A DNA stretch of 64,000 nucleotides from an uncultured Verrucomicrobiae bacterium (GTDB lineage: Bacteria; Verrucomicrobiota; Verrucomicrobiia; Chthoniobacterales; UBA10450). Below the pieces are notes generated by a model. The model was not told the origin of the DNA. It saw only the letters and a list, made by a program, of their open reading frames with translations, and searched no databases. Positions 52,331-62,544 of the stretch are shown here, in pieces (the stretch's first letter is position 1; every line of letters begins with the position of its first letter). Position numbers and translations under genes: made by a program. The DNA is taken from the NCBI GenBank assembly GCA_963772365.1, contig CAVYXA010000003.1:1-64000 (forward strand), given 5' to 3'.

Positions 52331-52337
52331 TCGTCGT

Positions 52338-52451
52338 ATGCCAAACCCAGTTCCGACCCCGCAGCCGATGCCGCCCACTCCCGGGCCGAAACCGGTTCGA
52401 CGCCCCGAACCGTTGCCGCCGAATCCGCCCGAGCCGCCCGCGGGAAGATAA
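52338..52451 (+). CDS. Small proline-rich peptide (37 aa)
   Basis: MPNPVPTPQPMPPTPGPKPVRRPEPLPPNPPEPPAGR fills the intergenic gap. Confidence 0.35.
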   Translation: MPNPVPTPQPMPPTPGPKPVRRPEPLPPNPPEPPAGR

Positions 52452-52453
52452 AA

Positions 52454-53257
52454 TTAGAAGGCTGCCGGAAACAAAAATCGAAGGGCGGGCTCTACTCGTG
52501 CGGCCCAGGCCGCTTCGCTGTGATCCGCGCCTTCTGCTTCCAAGTAGCGAAGGTCGCGACGCGGCTTCCATCCTTTTTCAATCAAACGATCGCGTAGTTC
52601 GCGCGCGTTCTCCCAGCCCGGCTCGGCTGTGCCGGTATCCAACCAGATTTTCAAGGGCGGTTTCTGTTCTATCGAATCTACCAGGCGGTAAATGGCAAAA
52701 TCATCCCACCAAACCGATGGAGACATCGCTATGAGTCGCGAGAACGCGTTGGGAAATAAGATCCCAATCGCCAGCGTAACCAGTCCGCCCAGCGACGATC
52801 CACCGAGCCCTGTAAATTCGGGCTCGCGTCGTGTCCGGTATTTCCTGTCGATGTACGGTTTGAGTTCCGACATCAGGAACTCAGCGTAGAGACGGGCAAT
52901 TCCGCGGCTACGTTTTTTTCGCCTTGTCCGTGAATCAATTACGCCACGTGTCGGTGCATATTCGTGGATCCGATCTTCGCCCATATTCGCCGCCGCCACG
53001 ATGATGAGTGGCTCGATTAGTCCATTCCGAATCAAACGCTCAGCGGTTTCATCGACACCCCATTCCACGCCGGCGAACGCGGTCGCCGCGTCGAAAACGT
53101 TTTGACCGTCGTGCAAGTACAAGACTGGATAATTCCGTCTCGAAAAGCAACGATAGCCGGGCGGCAAGTAAACCAGCACGTCACGCCGATTGCCGAGGAT
53201 CCTCGACGGGAATGCCCGGTGGCGTTTGATGTTTCCGGTCAGGGTGTGTTTTGGCAT
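52454..53257 (-). CDS. Putative esterase (alpha/beta hydrolase)
   Basis: YLHDGQN, GGSSLGG, DTGTAE and HSEAAW motifs. Confidence 0.88.
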   Translation of the reverse strand: MPKHTLTGNIKRHRAFPSRILGNRRDVLVYLPPGYRCFSRRNYPVLYLHDGQNVFDAATAFAGVEWGVDETAERLIRNGLIEPLIIVAAANMGEDRIHEYAPTRGVIDSRTRRKKRSRGIARLYAEFLMSELKPYIDRKYRTRREPEFTGLGGSSLGGLVTLAIGILFPNAFSRLIAMSPSVWWDDFAIYRLVDSIEQKPPLKIWLDTGTAEPGWENARELRDRLIEKGWKPRRDLRYLEAEGADHSEAAWAARVEPALRFLFPAAF

Positions 53258-53389
53258 GACAAAGCGTGATGCATCGCTGACGATGTCGACCTTGTCCAGA
53301 TCAAGGGTAAACAGAGCGAGGGAAAGTCGTTTGCTCGCTGGGATTCCTAGGCTACGCTTCGCTCCGCTCGCAATGACCCGTAAAGAAGT

Positions 53390-54352
53390 ATGAAAAAAAT
53401 CGGAATCCTTTTCGGCCAGGAGCACAGCTTTCCGCCTGCGTTTGTCGAGCGGGTCAATCAGAAAACGGGGGGCAAAGATATCGCGGCGGAATTCGTCAAA
53501 ATCGACAAGGTGGTCCAGGGCGAGCCGTGCGGTTACGATGTCGTCATCGATCGCATCTCGCAGGATGTGCCGTTCTATCGCGCCTGGCTCAAGAATGCTG
53601 CGCTTACCGGGACTGCCGTAGTGAACAATCCGTTTTGGTGGAGCGCTGACGAAAAATTTTTCAACAATGCGTTGGCCACGAAAATCGGCGTGGCTGTACC
53701 GCGCACAGTCTTGTTGCCGTCAAATCAGCATCCGACCGATACGAACGACAAATCGTTTCGTAACCTCGGTTATCCTCTCGATTGGGAAGGCATCTTCAAT
53801 TACGTCGGCTGGCCGGCATTCTTTAAACCATTCGCCGGCGGAGGATGGAAGAATGTGTATCGCCTGCATAATTCCGAGGAATTTTATCGCGCCTATAACG
53901 AGACCGGGCAGCTCGTCATGATGTTGCAGGAGGAAGTGAAGTTCGACATGTACTTCCGCTGCTACTCGATTGATCAACGTTACGTTCGCATCATGCCCTA
54001 CGAACCGCGGCACCCTTTCCATCTGCGGTATCAAACAGAATGGCACGCACCAGATGAAATCCTGGAGAAGGTGCGCGATGGAGTTCTGCGGCTGAATCAA
54101 TATCTCGGCTACGATCTGAACACGGTCGAGTTTGCGATTCGCGATGGCGTTCCGGTCGCGATTGATTTTTGCAATCCGGCCCCCGATTGCGAAGCGGCCT
54201 GGATCGGTCAGTCCAATTTCGAGTGGGTTGTCGAGGCAATTTCTGATATGGCCATCCGCAAAGCCCAGGAACACAAGCCCGGTCAGGACAACTTAAGCTG
54301 GGGCAAGTTTGTGCAGTATGCGGTGGGCAAGAGGCAACTCGAACAGCTCTAG
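53390..54352 (+). CDS. ATP-grasp (RimK/glutathione synthetase-like) ligase
   Basis: DRISQ, NNPFWWSADEKFF, KPFAGGGW, MLQE and IDFCNPAPD motifs. Confidence 0.82.
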   Translation: MKKIGILFGQEHSFPPAFVERVNQKTGGKDIAAEFVKIDKVVQGEPCGYDVVIDRISQDVPFYRAWLKNAALTGTAVVNNPFWWSADEKFFNNALATKIGVAVPRTVLLPSNQHPTDTNDKSFRNLGYPLDWEGIFNYVGWPAFFKPFAGGGWKNVYRLHNSEEFYRAYNETGQLVMMLQEEVKFDMYFRCYSIDQRYVRIMPYEPRHPFHLRYQTEWHAPDEILEKVRDGVLRLNQYLGYDLNTVEFAIRDGVPVAIDFCNPAPDCEAAWIGQSNFEWVVEAISDMAIRKAQEHKPGQDNLSWGKFVQYAVGKRQLEQL

Positions 54353-54441
54353 GTGGAATGCGTTGTCCGCAACGCGTTGCCAATTGAGGCGGCGAAGCCG
54401 CACTTTGTTTACCATCGTCTTTCGGAGAAGCCGATCCACCT
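54350..54441. repeat. GTGG-class REP-like doublet
   Basis: AGGTGGAATGCGTTGTCCGCAACGCG...TCCACCT with inverted ends. Confidence 0.5.
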
Positions 54442-54479
54442 GACAATCATCAGTTTTTAGCGCACATTCGGGCCCCGCC

Positions 54480-55598
54480 ATGAACGCCAAGCCCCACAGG
54501 TTCACCCTCGGGATCGAGGAGGAGTTCGCCATTGTCGATCCTGTTACGCGTGAGTTGCGGTCGCACATTCAGGAAATTCTCGAGGGCGGCAAAGTGATGC
54601 TGAAGGAGCAGATCAAACCGGAGATGCATCAATCGGTGGTCGAACTCGGCACCGAAGTCTGCGATTCGATCGAACATGCGCGTGAACACGTGATCGAGTT
54701 GCGGAGCCAGCTGGCCGCCTTGGCTGGCCGGGCCGGTTTAAAGATCGCTTCGACGGGGACCCATCCATTTTCGCACTGGCGCGATCAACACATCACCGAG
54801 GGCGAACGTTACAAACAGATTATTGAAGACATGCAATTGCTGGCGCGCGCCAATCTAATCTTCGGCCTCCATGTTCATGTTGGTATCCCTAATCGGGAGA
54901 GTGCCATCCATGTGATGAATCAGGTTCGCTATTTTTTGCCGCACATCTATGCGCTCTCGGTAAACTCGCCGTTCTGGGTCGGGCAGGACACCGGCTTGAA
55001 AGGTTATCGCCTGAAAGTATTCGAGCGGTTTCCACGCACCGGTATTCCCGATTCATTCGAGTCGCTTTCCGAATACGACGATTACTGCAAACTGCTGGTG
55101 AAAACCGGTTGCATCGATAATCCCAAAAAAATCTGGTGGGACATTCGATTACATCCATTCTTTGACACGTTGGAAGTGCGAGTGTGCGACGCGCAAACCC
55201 GCGTGGATGATACGCTGGCCATTGCCGCGCTGATTCAGGCCATCGTCTCCAAGCTTTACAAATTGCTCTGGCAAAATACGACGTTTCGCATTTATCGACG
55301 CAGGCTTCTCGATGAAAATCGATGGCGGGCATCGCGTTACGGAATCAACGGTAAGCTGATTGATTTCGGCCGCGAAACGGAGGTCGAGACGCGCAGCCTT
55401 GTCGACGAGTTGCTTCAGTTTGTCTCGACAGAGGTTAACGAATTCGGGAGCGCGCGAGAAATGGCTCACATCGAGCGCATTTGCCTCCAAGGCACTGGCG
55501 CGGATCGGCAACTGGCGGTTTGGGAGCGCACGCAGGACATGAAAGCCGTGGTTGATCAAATCGTCAGCGAAACCTACGAGGGATTAACGCTCTCGTAG
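54480..55598 (+). CDS. Carboxylate-amine ligase (YbdK/GCS2)
   Basis: TLGIEEEF, GLHVHVG, NSPFW, WWDIR and EVRVCD motifs. Confidence 0.9.
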   Translation: MNAKPHRFTLGIEEEFAIVDPVTRELRSHIQEILEGGKVMLKEQIKPEMHQSVVELGTEVCDSIEHAREHVIELRSQLAALAGRAGLKIASTGTHPFSHWRDQHITEGERYKQIIEDMQLLARANLIFGLHVHVGIPNRESAIHVMNQVRYFLPHIYALSVNSPFWVGQDTGLKGYRLKVFERFPRTGIPDSFESLSEYDDYCKLLVKTGCIDNPKKIWWDIRLHPFFDTLEVRVCDAQTRVDDTLAIAALIQAIVSKLYKLLWQNTTFRIYRRRLLDENRWRASRYGINGKLIDFGRETEVETRSLVDELLQFVSTEVNEFGSAREMAHIERICLQGTGADRQLAVWERTQDMKAVVDQIVSETYEGLTLS

Positions 55599-55666
55599 GA
55601 AGCTTAACTTCGTCCGTCTCGGTCTTACGAGTGGGTGATGTCGAGACACGATGGAAACTAGTGAGA

Positions 55667-56380
55667 TCACTCCGGAAAAAGCTGACGATGTGAACGTATT
55701 CGGTGGGTTCGTCGCACCAGAATTAACTGGGGCAGGTAATAAACGAGAGCGACGCAAAGAAGCGATGCGGCGAAAACCAGGGTGGCATAAAGGTATTCCG
55801 AATGCTGGCCAATCCAGTCGCTTTCACCCGAGGCTACTTTCAATCCAACATCGACATCTCGCCAGGTGTAGTCGGTCCCGTAAATCCATTTCGCAATTCG
55901 CAGGTTGGGATCGACAAAAACAACTAGATTCGGATGCGCGAATTCCCTCCCGGCCCTGCCGTATTGAAAGCCAATCGATTCCAACAACGCATCGATGTTC
56001 GTCTGCGATGCAGTTCCGATCGACCACGACAGGGGAATTTTTTCGCGGGAACGATATTGGGTCAGGATCGACGGAGTATCGGTGCTATCGAATGTGAACA
56101 ACAAAACGCGAAACTGATTTGGATCAGTGGACGAATTGCCCAACGCCTTTTTCAATTGCGCGACATTTTCCACGCAGGCGGTCTGACAGCGCGTGTAAAT
56201 CGGCAACAGAATCATCGGGAACCCTTCAAAATCGGATAGCTTTCGGCTGCGTCCGGTTTCATCGGTCCAGCTGATTTGTGCTACGGGACGTCCGCGCTTT
56301 GGAGAAACATCTTCGACAATTCCGCCAAAAAGATTTGTCGAACAGGCGACCGCCAATACCAGACATAGGAACCGGATCAT
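55667..56380 (-). CDS. SCO family copper chaperone
   Basis: YTRCQTAC and FAHP motifs; C-terminal TM. Confidence 0.85.
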   Translation of the reverse strand: MIRFLCLVLAVACSTNLFGGIVEDVSPKRGRPVAQISWTDETGRSRKLSDFEGFPMILLPIYTRCQTACVENVAQLKKALGNSSTDPNQFRVLLFTFDSTDTPSILTQYRSREKIPLSWSIGTASQTNIDALLESIGFQYGRAGREFAHPNLVVFVDPNLRIAKWIYGTDYTWRDVDVGLKVASGESDWIGQHSEYLYATLVFAASLLCVALVYYLPQLILVRRTHRIRSHRQLFPE

Positions 56381-58083
56381 GGCGTTCGCATCGCTCCGAG
56401 CGGCTTGGGATTATCTGGTGAATATGCCGGTGCGCCCGGGAAATTGCTGCGAATGGTCTGGGTAATCGGAGGTGCGTAGGCGATTACGAGTAGGAGGGCA
56501 GTGCCGATTAACCATGGAGTGAAAGTCTGGACAGCAGGGACGTATTCGTCGTGATACGGCTCGGAGGTGATCAGATCGAGAGCTCCCTCTCTGGCTTGTT
56601 TCGAGAAAAGCGTCGCAAAGAAAACAACAAAGAAAATCAATGCCGCAATGGCCATGATCGTTCCGCCCATGCTGCCGAGAATTTTCGCAACCTGCCAATC
56701 CGGATGATAAAGGCGGGATGCGGGATTGGTGTAAGTCATCCCCATGTTCGTCCGGCGCGGCTCGCCGCCGGCGCCTCCAATGAACAGGCCGGTGGAAAAA
56801 ATCATGATGCCGAGTGTCCAAATGTACGGCACCCAGACGTTCCATTTGGGCAATTTGATCGACTTACCGGTGAGCTTGGCGACCAGAAACAGGCTCATCC
56901 CGATGTAAGCGAGAAACACGGGACCCGCTACGGTTTGATGGAAATGCGCGGGTAACCAGGTGGTGTTGTGAACGACGGTGTCGAGGTTGTAAGAAGCGTT
57001 GATGATACCGGTGATTCCGCCGAAAATAAAAATTACCAATCCGGCAAAGAAATAGGAGAACAGCCAGCGATCTGTATCGAGGTAGGGAAGTTTGGCCCAC
57101 CAACCCAGTAATCCCCGGCCGCCGCGCAAACGCGCACCGTGCTCCATGGAAGCAGCCATAGTGAAAGCGGTGGCAAAACTGGGTACGGCTACCAGCATGG
57201 TGAAGAAGGCATGCACAAATTTCCAGGTGCTGCTGATCCCGGGTTCCGTGAACTGGTGATGAATCCCAACTGGAGCGGAGTAGAGCACGAGCCAAAGAAA
57301 AGTCAGGCGTCCGGCAAAATCGGAATAAAGTTTTCCGCCGGAGAGTTTGGGCAGCATTGTATAATACATGACGTAGGCCGGCATCAACCAGAAGTACACG
57401 AGCGGATGTCCGAAAAACCAGAACAGCATTCGGGAAAGCGGGACGTTCACGGTCGCGACCCAGCCCATCGACCACGGAATGAGCAGAAAGACGATCTCGA
57501 TTGCCACCGGCGTAGTGGCGATTAGCCAGACGATAAACGTGGCGAAAATGCCAACCACCCCGAGCGGCACTTTCTGTCCCGGGTGCTCGCGTTTCCAGGC
57601 GAAGTAAGGAGGCAGCCAATTGAAGAATGCGACCCATGAGCCGATCACGACCAGCGCGAGGCCGATGTAGAAGGCCGGGTGCGCGCGAAGCGGCGGATAA
57701 AACGTGTAAAGCACAGTCGCTTTGCCGGAGAGAATTGCCGCCGCGGCAAGCAAAGTTCCAACGACCATTATCCAAAATGAAAGCCAGGCGACTTTCATAT
57801 TGAATGGCCGGCCCAAATAATATCGAACTACGGCGTAGCCGAACGCGACTGCGAAAAACGTAGTGAACACAATCGCGTTCACGACGCCGTGAAGTGTCAA
57901 TCCTTGAAAATATTCCAATCCGAGGAACCGCGCTTGATGGAGGAATCCGGCCCGATAGAGCACCTGCATCAGGCCGTGATAAATTCCGAGAATCAAGAGC
58001 GCGATCGGGAAAATGATCTCGATCAGGATCATTCGCCTGAGTCCCGGTTCGATGTCGATGGTGCGTTCGGCTGAGAGTTCCAT
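56377..58083 (-). CDS. cbaA: B-family (ba3-type) heme-copper oxidase subunit I
   Basis: TLHG, FGHPLVY, GIHHQF and AHFH motifs. Confidence 0.9.
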   Translation of the reverse strand: MELSAERTIDIEPGLRRMILIEIIFPIALLILGIYHGLMQVLYRAGFLHQARFLGLEYFQGLTLHGVVNAIVFTTFFAVAFGYAVVRYYLGRPFNMKVAWLSFWIMVVGTLLAAAAILSGKATVLYTFYPPLRAHPAFYIGLALVVIGSWVAFFNWLPPYFAWKREHPGQKVPLGVVGIFATFIVWLIATTPVAIEIVFLLIPWSMGWVATVNVPLSRMLFWFFGHPLVYFWLMPAYVMYYTMLPKLSGGKLYSDFAGRLTFLWLVLYSAPVGIHHQFTEPGISSTWKFVHAFFTMLVAVPSFATAFTMAASMEHGARLRGGRGLLGWWAKLPYLDTDRWLFSYFFAGLVIFIFGGITGIINASYNLDTVVHNTTWLPAHFHQTVAGPVFLAYIGMSLFLVAKLTGKSIKLPKWNVWVPYIWTLGIMIFSTGLFIGGAGGEPRRTNMGMTYTNPASRLYHPDWQVAKILGSMGGTIMAIAALIFFVVFFATLFSKQAREGALDLITSEPYHDEYVPAVQTFTPWLIGTALLLVIAYAPPITQTIRSNFPGAPAYSPDNPKPLGAMRTP

Positions 58084-58086
58084 GTC

Positions 58087-58857
58087 TTACTTTAATTGTT
58101 TGAGATAACGGATGATCTCTTCCACTTCTTCATTCGTGAGGACAGGCTCCGGCATCACGTCGTCGTAACCGAACACGATCTTCGCGCTCGGTTTTAAAAT
58201 GGCTTCTCGAAGATACCCGTCATCGGCGGTAACCACCGATCCGTCAGTCATTTTTTCCGGTCGTCCATAAATTCCTTTGAAGGTAGGTCCAATGCTCTCC
58301 TCACCGTTGATGGAATGGCAGGTAAGACAGTCCTTTGCATCCAGAAGATGGTAAGCAGGGTTAATCGGCTGCGTTGGCGCCGGCCTGGATGGCTGAGCGC
58401 TGAAACTTTTTCGGTCCAGCACACGCAACGCGGCGGCCATGCGATCATGACCAGTTCCGCAAAATTCGTGGCAGAGAAGTTGATAAACGCGCGGCTGATC
58501 GAACCTCACTCGCGCATAATTCACGACTCCGGGAACGGCCATGAGATTTAGATTCGTGCCCAGCAAAATCATGCCGTGGGTCACATCAGCCGCGCTGAGG
58601 TAAACATCGACTGTCGATCCTGCGGGGATGGTCACGTTTTCCGGCTCGAACTTCCACATGCGTGCCACGTAATGAATTTCGTAATGGTTCGGCGAGTGCG
58701 TGATGACTTCGCCTTTTTGGAACGGCTTGATATCAGTGAGACAGGTCGGCAAACCAACGTGAAATAGATTGATCGCCAGAGCGGCGAGACCCAGAAGAAC
58801 CAGAGCGAACGCCGCCGAGATCCAGATGATCCGCTTTTCCAGTTTGGTAGCTGCCAT
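58087..58857 (-). CDS. cbaB: ba3-type oxidase subunit II with fused cytochrome c
   Basis: HG...CHEFCGTGHDRM CuA site, CLTCH heme motif, single N-terminal TM. Confidence 0.88.
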   Translation of the reverse strand: MAATKLEKRIIWISAAFALVLLGLAALAINLFHVGLPTCLTDIKPFQKGEVITHSPNHYEIHYVARMWKFEPENVTIPAGSTVDVYLSAADVTHGMILLGTNLNLMAVPGVVNYARVRFDQPRVYQLLCHEFCGTGHDRMAAALRVLDRKSFSAQPSRPAPTQPINPAYHLLDAKDCLTCHSINGEESIGPTFKGIYGRPEKMTDGSVVTADDGYLREAILKPSAKIVFGYDDVMPEPVLTNEEVEEIIRYLKQLK

Positions 58858-58861
58858 CGCG

Positions 58862-58993
58862 TTAGCTTCGCGCAATCATGACTAAATAAATGACAAGCCA
58901 GAGTGCTGCATAAAAGAAGAGCAAAAGCACAAAGAAGAAAATTGCGCCGCCGGGGAAGAATGGCTTCTCATTCTGTCGGTCGCTCGGTTCCAT
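58862..58993 (-). CDS. ba3-type oxidase subunit IIa-like (43 aa; not in the ORF track)
   Basis: MEPSDRQNEKPFFPGGAIFFFVLLLFFYAALWLVIYLVMIARS, single TM directly upstream of subunit II. Confidence 0.75.
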   Translation of the reverse strand: MEPSDRQNEKPFFPGGAIFFFVLLLFFYAALWLVIYLVMIARS

Positions 58994-58997
58994 CACA

Positions 58998-60536
58998 TCA
59001 TTTTTCCAGCTGTCGAAGTTTGAGATAAATCGCAAGCATAAGAAGGCCGATCAACGCGATACTAACGGCCAGCCCGATCTGTCGATATTTGTATTCATCG
59101 CGGGCCTTTTCGACCAGGACGGCGGCGCGCGTAGCTGCTTCTTCGGCGGGAGCGGCGACCTGTTGGAACGTGTTCCGGCTAAACGAATGGACGTAAGTAC
59201 GCGATTTCTTCAGGCCATCTGTGAGATCGGTTAACTGGTTATTGATCGGCTCGATGTCCAAGCCTTTGGCCGCAAGTTTGTCGGAAACTTCGGTGAGATG
59301 GTTTCGTGCTTCGTCCATGCGAGTAATTGTCTCTCGAAAGTAATCTGCGGTGGCAATGCATTCGGGATTGTGCTTGGCGAATTGCCGGTGGCAATCGCCG
59401 CATAATGACCCGGATTTTGTCGCCAGCATGGAATCATGCGTCTTCATAATGGCGTGATTACCGTGACATTTGCTGCATTCAGGCCAGTTATGCTGATCGA
59501 ATGCCTGTTTGTGCTTGCTGCCGTCGAACAAACTCGCGTTAGCCGAATGACAGAGGCTGCAACTGCGACTCACCGACGCCACGCCCGGAGGAATGGCTGC
59601 GTGGTTTCCGTGACAATCATTGCAGGCCGGCGCGCCCAGATCGCCGCGTTCGAGCAAGGCGCGCCCGTGGACGCTTGTTTTGTATTCGGCCAACTGATTG
59701 ATGGGAAGGGGCGAACCATCCGGAAGAGCAAACCCGGCCATTATTGTATGGTTAGAATGACACGCGCCGCACGTTTCCGGCACTCGTTGTGGATATACCT
59801 TCGACAACGGATCCTTGGCCGGACGAATCCCGTGAACACCATGGCAACTTACGCACGTTGGCGCCCGATCGTCATGTTTTACCAAAAGCAGTTGGCCATG
59901 GGGGCTGTCTTGAAACTTTGCCAGCTGATCCGTTGGCAACGATTGATCGAACTCGTGCATCAAAGCCGGATCGGAATGGCATCGTGCGCAAAACTGGACA
60001 ACCCAGGCGCGATTTTTCTGACGGTCCTTCTCCGGCCACTCCTTTACGAAAGCGTGACCGAACGCGGCGGTGGAATCGCCGCCGTGACATCCAGCGCAAG
60101 AGATCCCGCGGCGAAAATGAACATCTTCGACGACCTCTTTCAGGTTCATGAAGGCGGGCGAATGTTGTGACTCTGGCGTCGCGGAAAAGAGGTCTTCCGG
60201 CGACTGGACTTCCGAATCGCTGTGGCAAAGAACGCAATTGTTTTGCAGGAGCAGTTCCATCTTTTGTGGACGCAGTTGCAACGCCAGCAGCATCGACAAA
60301 TGCTCCGGTCGCGTAACGACATCGTTCTGCACGGCCTGGCCGAGCAGCTCTTTCAGATGATCGTTGAGTCCGTCGAAATAAGCGCGTTGCTCCTGAGTGA
60401 TAATCGGTTTGCCCTTGGCATTTTTCGCAGCAAACAGCGCCGCCAGTTTGGACGGCATTGCAGCTGATATTTTTTCTACGGGAAGAGCCGTAGTGGAGAT
60501 CAACAACAGGCCGACCAAGATCGAGATCGTCTTCAT
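58998..60536 (-). CDS. Nonaheme cytochrome c with C-terminal coiled coil and TM anchor
   Basis: Nine CxxCH motifs; signal peptide; ATGA overlap with cytochrome b. Confidence 0.88.
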   Translation of the reverse strand: MKTISILVGLLLISTTALPVEKISAAMPSKLAALFAAKNAKGKPIITQEQRAYFDGLNDHLKELLGQAVQNDVVTRPEHLSMLLALQLRPQKMELLLQNNCVLCHSDSEVQSPEDLFSATPESQHSPAFMNLKEVVEDVHFRRGISCAGCHGGDSTAAFGHAFVKEWPEKDRQKNRAWVVQFCARCHSDPALMHEFDQSLPTDQLAKFQDSPHGQLLLVKHDDRAPTCVSCHGVHGIRPAKDPLSKVYPQRVPETCGACHSNHTIMAGFALPDGSPLPINQLAEYKTSVHGRALLERGDLGAPACNDCHGNHAAIPPGVASVSRSCSLCHSANASLFDGSKHKQAFDQHNWPECSKCHGNHAIMKTHDSMLATKSGSLCGDCHRQFAKHNPECIATADYFRETITRMDEARNHLTEVSDKLAAKGLDIEPINNQLTDLTDGLKKSRTYVHSFSRNTFQQVAAPAEEAATRAAVLVEKARDEYKYRQIGLAVSIALIGLLMLAIYLKLRQLEK

Positions 60537-61920
60537 GTCGGATTGGTCCGATTGCGCTCGGAGCTCACGAAATGCGAAACTAAAATGGCAAAGGCCGCTA
60601 TGGCGATTGAGATAACGCCGGCGACGAGATAGGAAAGGCCGATAAAGCCGTGCAGAATGACCTGCAACAGCGCCGCTCCAGTTAAAACGAACCAGTGCTG
60701 TTGGAAACGCCAGTAGCGGATTACAATTACCACGATGCCTGCCGCCAGTGTCCATGACGCGCAGACAACTGCGATCTTGTGCATCGAACCCAATTCATCG
60801 GCAGCACTTCCGGAGGCGCCGATGTCCCAGCCCATTAACGTTAGGTAAGTTAGAAACAAGATCGCAGCCCAAGCCAGATCGCTGAATGCGGGGGACCGTT
60901 TATCGTGATAAGCGCGTCGGTCCAGCCATGGAATAATGGCCCAGATGCCAAAGAGAATTCCGATCAGGAATAGGCAAACCTGCGGACCTTCGAGACCAAA
61001 AAGGTGGGGCGGAAATTCCTTCAGTAGTTGATACTCCCAAAGGAAATACCATTCCGGCTTTATGCCCGGATAAGCCGGCGCAAAAGGATCCGCTTTTTGG
61101 CCCATCTCCCAATCCATTCCCGGGATTCCTGGTCCGTAGGGAAGGAAAACGGCCAGGCCCGCGAGAATCATCAGGCAAGCCAACCACAGCAGGACATCGC
61201 GCAAGGCGAAGCTGGGAAAGAATTTCATCCCGCGTGGAGCATCTTTTTCGCCGAGTGGCGGAGCCATTCCCTGCCGTTGAATCAGAAGCAAGTGAAGTCC
61301 GATGAACGCAACAAAAGCAAGTGGCAAGATCACCACGTGGGCCGCGAAAAACCGATACAGCGTGTTGATAGTAACGTCTTGCCCACCGCGCAGAACTTGC
61401 AGGAGCCAATTTCCGAGGAATGGCACCGAGCGTACGATGTTCGTCCCGACGGTTGTCGCGAAATAGGCGAGCTTGTTCCAAGGCAACAGATACCCGGAAA
61501 AGCCGAATCCCATCGTCAGTAAAAAAAGAAAATAACCGGAAACCCAGGTGACTTCCCGCGGCGGCCGGTAAGCTTTCAGCATCATGGTGCTGAACATGTG
61601 AAGCACCAGCGAGATGATCATCAGGTGCGCGCTCCAACTGTGGATGGAACGAATCAGCCAGCCGAACGGCACCTTGGTCGTTAGGAAACGAATGCTCTCA
61701 TAAGCAGTCGCTTCGCCGGGCTGATAGTACATCAGCAGCAGCACACCAGTGATCACCTGGACCACGAAGAAGAACATGGTGATCCCGCCCAGATAGTACC
61801 AGCCCATCCAATGCGAGCCGATTGGCACTTCCTTGTGACGCAGGAATTCGAACAACGGCGTTAGTTGATACCGCCGATCGAGCCAGCCGCGTAGCCCGCG
61901 AACGTTCTCGAAGTTCGTAG
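60533..61920 (-). CDS. Cytochrome b of a Rieske/cytb complex (start unclear)
   Basis: GWLIRSIH, GYLLPW, four heme-ligand His and PEWY. Confidence 0.88.
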
Positions 61921-61922
61921 CT

Positions 61923-62390
61923 TTAGGCTCTTTCTTCAGAAATGACGATTCCACCGTCTGGTTGTTTTTGGACTGCGTACTTGGGCAAAGAGCGAGGCGG
62001 CGGCCCGGACAGGACACGGCCGCTCAAATCGAAGCGCCCATCGTGACACGGGCACCAAATGACAGACTGCGCCGGTTGAAACGTGACCGTGCAACCTTCA
62101 TGCGTGCACTTGGCGCTGAAAGCGTGCAGTTGGTCACCGGCCTGTAAAACGATTACGCGCTGCCCGCTCACCGGAACGATCACATATTTGTTTTGCTCGA
62201 GCTTCGAAGCCTCATCGCGGTTCAAGCGCGTCGGTCCGGTCGGACCCGTTTGCGGCAGCGGTTTGAGATAGCGAATGATTGGATATGCAATGCTGGCGAG
62301 CCATCCGAGAACGCTGGCACCGAGCAGAACATCGAGAAAATGACGACGCGAAGTTATCGGAGCCGAGTTCGTCGTCGCTGAATCCTCCAT
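61923..62390 (-). CDS. Rieske 2Fe-2S subunit
   Basis: SRRHFL Tat motif, CTHEGC, CPCHDG and GPPPRSL. Confidence 0.92.
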   Translation of the reverse strand: MEDSATTNSAPITSRRHFLDVLLGASVLGWLASIAYPIIRYLKPLPQTGPTGPTRLNRDEASKLEQNKYVIVPVSGQRVIVLQAGDQLHAFSAKCTHEGCTVTFQPAQSVIWCPCHDGRFDLSGRVLSGPPPRSLPKYAVQKQPDGGIVISEERA

Positions 62391-62544
62391 GTCAGATTCT
62401 CCGAATCGAACTAGCGGAGTTCGTCATCGCTTCGCATCATGAACAGTTTCGTATAAAACGACTCCGCATTTTTTCGGAAAAATTCCACCGTCTTCTGAGT
62501 AAAAGGCAGAGGATAGATTGCAATCGGGATCGGGAGCTTTCGCG

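Noticed and set aside
56377..58083. Nitric oxide reductase
   Set aside because: The cross-linking Tyr in HPLVY is present, indicating an O2 reductase.
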